The translations under genes and the position numbers were made by a program. Under the pieces are notes generated by a model. The model worked only from the letters and a program-made list of their open reading frames with translations, had not been told where the DNA came from and ran no database searches. From contig JAXGZN010000001.1 in NCBI GenBank assembly GCA_040776945.1, forward strand, positions 128,001 to 192,000: 64,000 nucleotides of DNA, written 5' to 3'. This DNA is from Methanomassiliicoccaceae archaeon. GTDB lineage: Archaea; Thermoplasmatota; Thermoplasmata; Methanomassiliicoccales; Methanomassiliicoccaceae. Shown here one piece after another: positions 28,034-36,489 of the stretch (its first letter is position 1; each line of letters opens with the position of its first letter).

Positions 28034-28714
28034 TTGATAAAGGCCACCTTCCCCGAGCATTCCGCCATGCTCATGATCGGAAGCCCGGGCATTGGGATGC
28101 TGGAGTTCGCGGTCAGCATAGCGAAGGACTGGATGGAGCAGGACAGCGTGGTCATATTCATAACCGTGGACCTGCTGCCTTCGGACCTGCTTAACATCAT
28201 GACCTCCTTCGGGGTGTCCAAGGAAGTGCTCGGGCGCAATCTGTTCATCATCGATTACCATTCCTCGCTTCTCGGCTCACTGGACGTCAGCACGAACTGC
28301 AATGGAACGGAGATCAGGAAGGTATCCGACCTTGAGGGCATAATGTTCAACATCTCAACTCTGGCAGAGAGTACAAAGCGGCCGGTGAAGATCGTCATAC
28401 ACTCATTGTCGACCTTGTTCCTTTATAATCAGGTCAACGTGGTCCTAAAGTTCTTCCAGATATCGTCCTCGCGCATCCGGAACGAGTTTGGCACCGCGTT
28501 CTTCACGATCCATGAAGGGGTGCATGACGATAAGACCGTGAACCATCTCATGGCCATTGCGGATGGGGTATTGGAGCTCAAGTTCGATCAGGATCTGAAC
28601 CGAAGGATGAGGGTCCGCAACATGAGGGGATGCGTCACCTCCTCCCAGTGGATACCGTTCGAGATAAAGCAGGCTTCCAACAACCATTCGTCCTCTCTTC
28701 TTGAATGGCAATAG
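28034..28714 (+). CDS. RAD55/KaiC-like single-domain pseudo-ATPase
   Basis: GSPGIGMLEF (Walker A Lys replaced by Met), IVIHSLS, ADGVLEL and RNMRG. Confidence 0.8.
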   Translation: MIKATFPEHSAMLMIGSPGIGMLEFAVSIAKDWMEQDSVVIFITVDLLPSDLLNIMTSFGVSKEVLGRNLFIIDYHSSLLGSLDVSTNCNGTEIRKVSDLEGIMFNISTLAESTKRPVKIVIHSLSTLFLYNQVNVVLKFFQISSSRIRNEFGTAFFTIHEGVHDDKTVNHLMAIADGVLELKFDQDLNRRMRVRNMRGCVTSSQWIPFEIKQASNNHSSSLLEWQ

Positions 28715-28767
28715 CTTGTGTTCGGAAGAGGAAATGAGATGATATTACGGGTTGGATTAAGGCCCGG

Positions 28768-28980
28768 TCACTCGAACTCTTCGGCCGCGATCGTCCCGTA
28801 GATGGAGGCTTTGAAGCTCTCGCGGTTCTGCGCGGTGGCCCGGACATAGGCCTCGCATTGGGTCTTAGGCCTCACTACAAGTCTCTTTGACTGGCAGAAT
28901 ATCAGCCCCTCGTTCACTCCCGCCTCGGGCCTCTTGTCGGAATAGAGGCAGGCAAAGCATAGATATTGGTCTTTGTTCAA
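28768..28980 (-). CDS. small Cys-containing hypothetical protein
   Basis: CFAC...C...C pattern; TTG start; follows glpC on the same strand. Confidence 0.55.
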   Translation of the reverse strand: MNKDQYLCFACLYSDKRPEAGVNEGLIFCQSKRLVVRPKTQCEAYVRATAQNRESFKASIYGTIAAEEFE

Positions 28981-29009
28981 CGGACTTGCCCAAGTTGTGT
29001 AGCTATTTA

Positions 29010-30050
29010 TTAATTCTGCCCTGGGTCCAGTCTGCCGGCTAGGAATGTGGTCAGGTCTTCCACCGGCATGGTCCCGACACGGCCCAGGTTGACCACGCAG
29101 AAAGGACAGGGGGCGATCATTATGTCCGCCCCGGCGTCCTTGGCCGAACGCAACTTCCGGCGGGCCATCTTCTCTGCCACTTCTGGTCGGGATGCTGCCA
29201 CTCCCCCTCCGCCTCCGCAGCAGTCGTCCTGATCCCTGTGCTCGATGACCTTTACGCCAGGGACGCTTTCCAGGATATCCTTGACCATGTCGATCGTATG
29301 CGGGCCCACCACCCGCGCGAGGTGGCAGGGCCGGTGGAGCGCTATCTTCATGGGCGGGGCGCTCGTGTCGAACCTTTCCTCCGATATTTTGGCAGCATGC
29401 AGATGTTCGATGATATGCCAGGCGTCCTTACCGTAAGCGGCGCGCAGCTGGGCGGTGCACCCGGGGCATGCGGTCACTAACCTCGATGTCTTGAGCACGG
29501 CCTTGTTGTTCGCCTCGACCTTTCTCAACTGGTCGGTCGCCCCGATCTTCTCCAACGGCGATCCGCAGCATGACCATGCCGAGGGCACATAGGGTCGGGC
29601 ACCTGATGCCTCAAGCAGCCTGAGGGCGGCGGCGACCGAACCGGGCAGGCGGCCTTCGGCGATGCAGCCTGGGAAGAACACGAGGTCGCCCTCCGATGGA
29701 TATGACTGGGCCGAGGACGGCGGGACCACCGCGCGTCCGGAATCCTCGATGGCCCTTATCATCCTGAGCTGTCCTGCAGGCCGGTCGGCGCCTTCCAGGA
29801 CAATGCTCCTCATCCGCACGAGCGCGGCGGGCAGAGGAAGACGGGAAGGACAGACCTCCTCACAGCGCCCGCAAGTGGTGCACATGTACAACGCGCCCTT
29901 CAAGGCCTTCAGGTGCGGGTCGAAGCGAGGGGCCTCGATCACAAGCCGCCTGGGGCCGGGGAAGGCCTCGCGTCCTTCCTGGGCCAGTACTGGGCATGCG
30001 CGGACACAAGCGCCGCACCGGATGCAGCCGTCCATGGTCCTGGAGGTCAT
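29010..30050 (-). CDS. glpC: GlpC-like Fe-S / CCG-domain subunit
   Basis: CIRCGACVRACP, CTTCGRCEEVCP and two CCG domains; overlaps the glpB stop. Confidence 0.8.
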   Translation of the reverse strand: MTSRTMDGCIRCGACVRACPVLAQEGREAFPGPRRLVIEAPRFDPHLKALKGALYMCTTCGRCEEVCPSRLPLPAALVRMRSIVLEGADRPAGQLRMIRAIEDSGRAVVPPSSAQSYPSEGDLVFFPGCIAEGRLPGSVAAALRLLEASGARPYVPSAWSCCGSPLEKIGATDQLRKVEANNKAVLKTSRLVTACPGCTAQLRAAYGKDAWHIIEHLHAAKISEERFDTSAPPMKIALHRPCHLARVVGPHTIDMVKDILESVPGVKVIEHRDQDDCCGGGGGVAASRPEVAEKMARRKLRSAKDAGADIMIAPCPFCVVNLGRVGTMPVEDLTTFLAGRLDPGQN

Positions 30051-31162
30051 AGCGCCTCCGTGATCAGGGCGGCGGCCTCCAGGGCCGAGGATGCCACGTG
30101 CCCTAGGCCACGTCCGAGAGGGAAGGACAGGCCTGCTATCGCTGAGCCCGCCACCAGCAGGTTGTTCACGGTCTTGCCGTCGTCCATCACGGCGTGCATC
30201 TCTTGGTCCAGAAGCCCCGATGACAGGACCGAGGCAAGCGGAGCGCCGCCAGCATTCTGACCGCATGTCTTGAGAGGGGCTATCGGAGCACAGGTTCTCT
30301 CTCCATCGATGGTCAGGCCGCCGCCGACCAGGTTGCCTATTGCAAGGACCGCGGCACGGAAACCGATCTCTTGCTCCCGAAGGCCGGACCGGACCACAGC
30401 GCTTGTCGCCGCTCCGTTCCTGAACACCATCCTTCTGACCTCTCGGCCCTTTAAAAGGCGGCAGCCCGAGCGCCGGACATGGTCCTCAAGACATGCCTGC
30501 AGACGGCGCCCTGGCACAGACAGGGGGGTCGCGGGTTCACGGACATGACGGCCAGAGGCCCGCTCCAGGCGCTCAAGGGCCCGGGCATACAGCGGCCCGG
30601 AGAACAGGGGCGGGACCACCACGAGATCCTCTTCGACCTCCGATAAAGGGCCGCATAAGATGTCCACTGCCTCCTGGGCCTCTTCAGACAACGTTCGACC
30701 GTTACCGGAACCGATCTCGGCCGGAACGCCAGGGTCTGTCCAGAGTGGGCGGCATTCCAGGTCCGGGTAACGCCGGGAAAGTGAACGGCAGACCGCATCG
30801 GGGTCCATGCATCCGTTTCCCCTTAGCCCCAGGACCGCCGTGCTCATTTGGCCGGACGCCAGCCAATCATGCGCCGATGTCAGGTCTTGGGTCGTTATTG
30901 TGCCTAGGCAGGAGATGGCGGGTACCTTTCCGGTCGAAGAACTGTAAAGTCCATGGCCCTCGCCGACCGACCTGAAAAGACAGACAAGCCGTTCCCGATC
31001 TACTTCGGGGAGGGACACTCTCGAGGTAGAGAGTTCGGTGGCGGTGGTGCCCAGGCCGACCACTATCACATCGAGCCCCTTTTGAGCCATGGCCGCACCG
31101 GCCAGGCACCCTGAGGCGCCGTGACCGATGACCAGCACATCGCACTGCGTTCCGGCGATCAT
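30047..31162 (-). CDS. glpB: anaerobic glycerol-3-phosphate dehydrogenase subunit B
   Basis: DVLVIGHGASG, PLSVPGRRLQ, LAIGNLVGGGL and NLLVAGS motifs. Confidence 0.82.
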   Translation of the reverse strand: MIAGTQCDVLVIGHGASGCLAGAAMAQKGLDVIVVGLGTTATELSTSRVSLPEVDRERLVCLFRSVGEGHGLYSSSTGKVPAISCLGTITTQDLTSAHDWLASGQMSTAVLGLRGNGCMDPDAVCRSLSRRYPDLECRPLWTDPGVPAEIGSGNGRTLSEEAQEAVDILCGPLSEVEEDLVVVPPLFSGPLYARALERLERASGRHVREPATPLSVPGRRLQACLEDHVRRSGCRLLKGREVRRMVFRNGAATSAVVRSGLREQEIGFRAAVLAIGNLVGGGLTIDGERTCAPIAPLKTCGQNAGGAPLASVLSSGLLDQEMHAVMDDGKTVNNLLVAGSAIAGLSFPLGRGLGHVASSALEAAALITEAL

Positions 31163-32721
31163 CGTCGTCCACCCCCTGTATGGTCCAGGCCATAGCATTT
31201 GAGGATGTGGGCCTTGAACACCTCCTGGCGGAGCTGTTCGCCCTGGAGCACTGGAGCGATGCCTTTCCATCTTTCATCGAGGAAACTTTCGGCCGCTTCG
31301 ATGGGGTCGCCCTCCGGAAGCAGCGCGGCAATGCGGAAGGCGCAAAGCCCTGCTTGGCAGAAGCCCATGCCTGCACGGGTGCGGCGCATGAGGTCGGCCG
31401 GGGACCGCACGTCCGGATAGGAGGCGAAGAATTCCAGCTCTCCTCTGGTCACCGCCTCGCAGGAGCATGCCTCGTCGGCCCCCATGGGCGTCGACAGGCA
31501 ATGGTCCGCTACCTTGTTGGAGACGATGCCGTACTTGGAGGCCATCAGGGAGCGGTGAAAGCTAGAAAGGCTCTCTGCAGGCGGAGATATATCCTCGATC
31601 ATAGTGCGGCAGGAGGCCTTCCGGCCGAGCTTGGACATCACCATGTCCGAAGCCTTCTCGGCCATCAGGCGATATGTGGTAAGCTTTCCTCCCGCCACGC
31701 TAACCAGGTTATCCACTCCCTCATCTTCGTGGTCGACCACCTGGAATCCCCTGGACGCTTTGCGCCCATGCCCGGTCCCCGAGAGCAGGGGACGGACCCC
31801 GGCATAGGCGCGGACGACCCTGGTCGATAACACCTCAGGGACGGCGGCGGCCGCTTCCCTAAGCAATCTCTCCGACTCCTCCCGGGTCGCCCTTGCTCCG
31901 TCGAGGTTTCCTTCTCCTGAGGTCGTTCCCAGGATCGTCGAGGAGCGGTGGGGGACGAGTATGTCCCCGTCCGAGGGTGGCCGGAGGCGGTTCACCAGTC
32001 CGTTCACCGCGCGGCCGTTGAGCACTATCATGCTTCCTTTGTCCAGCTGCATCTCCAGCTTTAGACCGGCCATCGCCGCGGTACGGCCGCACCACGCTCC
32101 AGTGGCATTGATGACCATCTCTGGACGGACCGTGATGGCGTTGACGCCTTCACCGAGCATGGCGCCTGATATCCTTCCGTCCTTGACCTCGAAGCACCGC
32201 AAAGGAAGGTAGTTGCGGACCTCTGCCCCTGCCTGCCGGGCCGCCTCGACGTTCGACCATACAAGGAAGAAGGGATCTATGGAGGCGTCGGCCACCTTGA
32301 CCGCGCGCTGGACGTTGAGACTGAGGCTCGGCTCCGCCTTCCTGGCCTCTGTGACGGACAGTTCTTCGGTCCAGATACCGGCGCTTCGGCATGAGCGCAG
32401 GAAGAGGTCCCCATATTCGGGATCGTCCGATGGGAGGGATACGTACATGCCGCCGCAATCCTCGATGCAAGACCGTGCTATCCGCTTCAGCGTAGCGCCC
32501 TCCACGGCGCATTCCGCCGCTGCCTGAGGGTCCTTAACGGCATATCGGGCGCCCGAGTGCAGCATCCCGTGGTTGCCTCCGGAGGCTCCGGTGCAGAAGT
32601 CACCGGCCTCCGCCAGCAGTACCTGCGCCCCGCGCATCGCCAGGTCCCTGGCGATGCCTGCTCCGGTGGCCCCTCCCCCTATGATCAGAACCTCGGGGGA
32701 CGCCGTCCGCGCTCTCTCCAT
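31159..32721 (-). CDS. glpA: anaerobic glycerol-3-phosphate dehydrogenase subunit A
   Basis: IIGGGATGAGIARD, HGMLHSGARY, GGKLTTYR; BFD-like CSCE...RTRAGMGFCQAGLC. Confidence 0.92.
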   Translation of the reverse strand: MERARTASPEVLIIGGGATGAGIARDLAMRGAQVLLAEAGDFCTGASGGNHGMLHSGARYAVKDPQAAAECAVEGATLKRIARSCIEDCGGMYVSLPSDDPEYGDLFLRSCRSAGIWTEELSVTEARKAEPSLSLNVQRAVKVADASIDPFFLVWSNVEAARQAGAEVRNYLPLRCFEVKDGRISGAMLGEGVNAITVRPEMVINATGAWCGRTAAMAGLKLEMQLDKGSMIVLNGRAVNGLVNRLRPPSDGDILVPHRSSTILGTTSGEGNLDGARATREESERLLREAAAAVPEVLSTRVVRAYAGVRPLLSGTGHGRKASRGFQVVDHEDEGVDNLVSVAGGKLTTYRLMAEKASDMVMSKLGRKASCRTMIEDISPPAESLSSFHRSLMASKYGIVSNKVADHCLSTPMGADEACSCEAVTRGELEFFASYPDVRSPADLMRRTRAGMGFCQAGLCAFRIAALLPEGDPIEAAESFLDERWKGIAPVLQGEQLRQEVFKAHILKCYGLDHTGGGRR

Positions 32722-32756
32722 GCTCCCGGTGAGGCGGTACATGGCATAAAGCGTTT

Positions 32757-33143
32757 TCATGAAGCGCCGCGCGAAGGACCATCATGGGACGGGACAGCGG
32801 TCAGCCCGAGTTCTCGTTCCTCCTCCCGCAGCTCAGCGGTCTCCTTCGACAGGACAAAGGTTAGAACCGTTCGGATCAGCACTATGCCTCCCAACCGAAG
32901 CACCTCGTCCATGTTGGGAGCAATAATGGTCAGGACAATGTCCGAAGCTATGAGGAAGTCCAGTCCGAAGACGATCTTCCTGGCGAGTTCGCCCCGGATG
33001 CGGGTGAACGTCATCCCCTTATCTCTCTGGATGCCTCCGAGGACCAATCGGACAAGGGCCACGGCCCCTCCGTAGGCTATCACCAGGGCACCGGCGTACG
33101 CTAGGAACAAAGAGATGAGCTGGATGATATTGGGGAGCTCCAC
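32757..33143 (-). CDS. DUF1622 membrane protein
   Basis: GLDFLIASDIV.T and IVLIRTVL motifs. Confidence 0.85.
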   Translation of the reverse strand: MELPNIIQLISLFLAYAGALVIAYGGAVALVRLVLGGIQRDKGMTFTRIRGELARKIVFGLDFLIASDIVLTIIAPNMDEVLRLGGIVLIRTVLTFVLSKETAELREEERELGLTAVPSHDGPSRGAS

Positions 33144-33197
33144 AGTTACGTGTAATGCCGGTCAGGACATTAATCATTTCCAAAGGATGAAGTAAAA

Positions 33198-33275
33198 TGG
33201 TAGCGGGGGGTCGATTTGAACGACCGGTCTCCGGGTTATGAGCCCGACGGGATGTCCTGGCTACCCCACCCCGCT
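33198..33275 (-). tRNA. tRNA-iMet(CAT), CCA encoded
   Basis: Reverse complement AGCGGGG...CGGGCT-CAT-AACCCG...GTTCAAATC...CCCCGCTACCA; A1-U72 pair and GGG/CCC anticodon stem. Confidence 0.96.
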
Positions 33276-33337
33276 GTGTATCTCCCGCTATTGCAAGACC
33301 CAATATAAAGCTTTGTGATGCCTTAACGGCCCCAGGT

Positions 33338-33670
33338 TCAGAACAGGTTCCTAAGCCGGAGCATATCATCGATGCTTCCCTTCAGCTTCAGCTTTCTTAG
33401 GGCCAAAGCCTTCATTGGTTTTATCTTTCCAGATATGAGGCCATCCATGGTCTCCGGGTCGGACAGGATGGTGATGTCCGGATCATCGATGCGGCCTGCC
33501 TTGAAGTCGTTGACCCTCTCGTCGTGCAAGTGGAAATTGTATGTTTCGCTCTCGAGGTCGATGAGCACCTTGCGGTCCACTCCCTTGAGCTCGCCGCGTA
33601 TCTTCTCGTCGCTCTCGACCTTGTCATTGAACCTCTTGATGAGTTCTTGCAGTTTCGGCTCGATAGTCAT
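33338..33670 (-). CDS. SCP2 sterol/lipid-binding domain protein
   Basis: PDITI.SD..T...LISGKIKPMKALALRKLKLKG. Confidence 0.85.
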   Translation of the reverse strand: MTIEPKLQELIKRFNDKVESDEKIRGELKGVDRKVLIDLESETYNFHLHDERVNDFKAGRIDDPDITILSDPETMDGLISGKIKPMKALALRKLKLKGSIDDMLRLRNLF

Positions 33671-34332
33671 CGTTCATCCATCCAATCTGTCAATCTGGTA
33701 ACCCTGCTTAGCGAATATAAGTCCTTGGCCGTCTTCCAGGTCCCCCGCACGTGGGGCGGCAGAGAGCCGTTCTCCTTCAGCCAGTCCTGTATGAATCCGA
33801 TCGTAGTCCGGTCATGGGCGTAGCCTGAGCCGATCGGTCTCCCAAAAAAACTCTGGATGTCGTCCATGGCCTGGTCCCTCAGTACCTTGGCCACTATTGA
33901 CGCCGCCGCCACCACGGGGTACATGGAATCCGCGTGATGGCTGCAGACCATCTCCGGCCGGCAGATGGTGCGTTCCGTGATGTTCCTGCCGAAGCGCTCC
34001 TCGATGACGTCCGCGGCGTCCACGAACACACGGTCTGGTCGAAGGCGGTCGATGAGGTCGGCGAAAAGGGCTGCCTCAAGGGCGTTCAGGGTGTCCCGTC
34101 CCATGAGCTCATCGATCTCCGCGGCGGAGATGATGGAGACCTCTACAGCAGAGATCTTGCGGATCTCGATGGCCAGTTCCTCCCTCTTCCTCCGGGTCAG
34201 GAGCTTGGAGTCCTTGACCTTGAGCCTCTTAAGAGCCCGGTCGTTCTCGACCATGACCGCGGCAACGACCATCGGCCCCATCACTGGACCTCGGCCGGCC
34301 TCATCCACCCCGCAGATCACGGTACCGCTCAA
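33667..34332 (-). CDS. rnhB: ribonuclease HII
   Basis: GVDEAGRGP, DSKLL, VAAASIVAKV and GSGY motifs; PIP-like TRLTDW tail; TTG start inferred. Confidence 0.95.
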   Translation of the reverse strand: MSGTVICGVDEAGRGPVMGPMVVAAVMVENDRALKRLKVKDSKLLTRRKREELAIEIRKISAVEVSIISAAEIDELMGRDTLNALEAALFADLIDRLRPDRVFVDAADVIEERFGRNITERTICRPEMVCSHHADSMYPVVAAASIVAKVLRDQAMDDIQSFFGRPIGSGYAHDRTTIGFIQDWLKENGSLPPHVRGTWKTAKDLYSLSRVTRLTDWMDER

Positions 34333-34420
34333 TTTTCTCTCCGTATATAGCAATATCGAACCGAGGGCTGCGGGCGCGGGAAGGTTAATCAATCGCGGCG
34401 GCACTCAGTCCTGCGGTAAT

Positions 34421-35527
34421 ATGTCCGAGGTGTACTTCGCCGACCTGAAGGCCGATCGAGCGTCCAGGAACGTGCCGAACAAGATCCAGAAGCTCTTCCG
34501 GAGGGCCAGACTGGAAAGCACCTTCTCCCCCGGCGACCTGGTGGCGGTGAAGACCCACTTCGGGGAAGAAGGTTTGACCTCATATCTCAGGCCGGAACTG
34601 GTCTCCAAGGTCGTCGACCTCGTGTCCAAGGCCGGCGGGAGGCCTTTCCTCACCGACTGCAGCACCTTGTACAAAGGAATGAGGACCAACGCGGTCGACC
34701 ACCTTCTGCTAGCGGCGAGGCATGGGTTCACCTATCCCGTGATAAACGTCCCGGTGATCATAGCTGATGGGTTGAGGGGCACCGACCATGTGGAGGTTCC
34801 AGTAGGCTTGAGGCACTGCTCCACGGTGAAGTACGGAGCTGCCGCTCATCATGCGGACGCTCTCATGGTGGTGTCGCACTTCAAGGGACACGGCCTGACC
34901 GGCTTCGGCGGGGCGATCAAGAACGTGGCCATGGGCCTGGGGTCCAGGCGGGGCAAGATGGAGATGCATGCTCTGGTCCGCGCGAAGGTTATCGAGAGCA
35001 CGTGCAAGGGGTGTGGGCAATGCGTTGTGCGGTGCCCGGCGGATGCCATTCGGATCAAGGGCCGAAAGGCCGTGATCGATCCGGAGAAGTGCATCGGCTG
35101 CGGCGAGTGCAACGTGGCCTGCCAACACGGGAGCATCGACCTCGGTGATTGGAACAACTACATCGCCCTCCAGGAGCGCATGGTAGAGTACTGTTATGGC
35201 ATTCTCAAGGGCAAGAGGGGCAAGGCCGGGTACATGACCTTCATTATGAACGTGACCCCGCTGTGTGACTGCTACGACTTCAACGACGCCCCGATCGTCC
35301 CGGACATCGGGATATTGGCCTCAAAGGACATCGTGGCCATCGATCAGGCCGCGGCCGATCTTGTGAACCGTGCGCCAGGAATGCCGGACAGCAGGCTGAA
35401 GGACGCTCGCGTTCCCGGGACCGATAAGTTCAGGCAGATAGTGGATGCCGACTGGACCGCCCAGTTGCGGTACGCGGAGGAACTGGGCCTGGGCGAGCGG
35501 ACCTATGATCTCATTAAGGTGAGGTGA
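34421..35527 (+). CDS. DUF362 protein with 2x[4Fe-4S] ferredoxin domain
   Basis: KTHFGE, HFKGH..TGFGGAIKN, CKGCGQC and CIGCGEC motifs. Confidence 0.88.
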   Translation: MSEVYFADLKADRASRNVPNKIQKLFRRARLESTFSPGDLVAVKTHFGEEGLTSYLRPELVSKVVDLVSKAGGRPFLTDCSTLYKGMRTNAVDHLLLAARHGFTYPVINVPVIIADGLRGTDHVEVPVGLRHCSTVKYGAAAHHADALMVVSHFKGHGLTGFGGAIKNVAMGLGSRRGKMEMHALVRAKVIESTCKGCGQCVVRCPADAIRIKGRKAVIDPEKCIGCGECNVACQHGSIDLGDWNNYIALQERMVEYCYGILKGKRGKAGYMTFIMNVTPLCDCYDFNDAPIVPDIGILASKDIVAIDQAAADLVNRAPGMPDSRLKDARVPGTDKFRQIVDADWTAQLRYAEELGLGERTYDLIKVR

Positions 35528-35613
35528 GGTGAGGTGGCTACGCTAACGCCTGTAGCTACAAAATCTATATTGACCTACAGATGTTAGAGCAGGTCGCGCA
35601 ATAGGGTGATATC

Positions 35614-36489
35614 ATCACGACGGACGTTCAGAACCGGAAATTGGCCAACGGCTTCAAGCTCACCAGGGTAGGGGTCACTGGTGTCAAAAAGCCGGTACGG
35701 ATCACTAGGGCCGGAAGGAACAACATCCTTTTCTGTACGATCGATGTATATGTCGATCTTCCGGCGACCCAGAAAGGGTCCCACTTGTCACGCAACCTTG
35801 AGGTCATTAACGAAACGGTCAATCGGAGCATGGTCGACTCGATAGCGGGCATCGAGATAATAGCCGCGGATATCTGCCGGGCCCTGAGAGAGAAGCATGA
35901 GTACTCGAGCTACGCAGAGGTGCGATTGGTGGCCGACTATTTCGTGGAGCGCCCCGGGCCCAGCGGAAAACGGAACCTCGAATCGTTCAAAATAATGGCC
36001 AACGCGGTGAGCAGGAACGGTGACAGCCTAAGGAAAATGATCGGTGTGGAGGTCGTGGGCATGACGGCCTGCCCTTGCGCTATGGAGACGGTCAAGGAGC
36101 AGTACGGGAACAACGTCGCGTTCGAGAACGACCTTCCGATCATAAGCCATAACCAGCGTAACATCGCGACGGTCATGGTGGAGGTCCCAGAAGAGTATGA
36201 TGTTGAGGCCAACGAGCTTATCGACCTCGTTGAATCGTCCTTCTCCTCGGCGACCTATGAGGTACTGAAGAGGGCCGATGAGGCCGCAGTGGTACTGCAG
36301 GCCCACCAACAGCCCAAGTTCGTCGAGGATGTGGTCCGCACCATGCTCTCCAAGCTCTTGGTCCATCTGGAAGACATGCCGGACGGGGCGCTGGTGACGG
36401 TGAGGAGCGAGAGCGAGGAGTCCATCCACAAGCACAACGCCTTCGCCGAGAGGACCGCCAGTCTAGGCGAGCTGCGCACAGGGGATTAG
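35614..36489 (+). CDS. mptA: GTP cyclohydrolase MptA/FolE2 (start uncertain)
   Basis: DVQ...LTRVGV, QKGSHLSR, MTACPC, SHNQR, PKFVEDVVR and ESIHKHNA motifs. Confidence 0.9.
   Translation: MTTDVQNRKLANGFKLTRVGVTGVKKPVRITRAGRNNILFCTIDVYVDLPATQKGSHLSRNLEVINETVNRSMVDSIAGIEIIAADICRALREKHEYSSYAEVRLVADYFVERPGPSGKRNLESFKIMANAVSRNGDSLRKMIGVEVVGMTACPCAMETVKEQYGNNVAFENDLPIISHNQRNIATVMVEVPEEYDVEANELIDLVESSFSSATYEVLKRADEAAVVLQAHQQPKFVEDVVRTMLSKLLVHLEDMPDGALVTVRSESEESIHKHNAFAERTASLGELRTGD

Noticed and set aside
35517-35560. (GAGGT)n tandem repeat and TGTAGCTACA palindrome after the DUF362 gene
   Set aside because: Too short to distinguish from chance or slippage.
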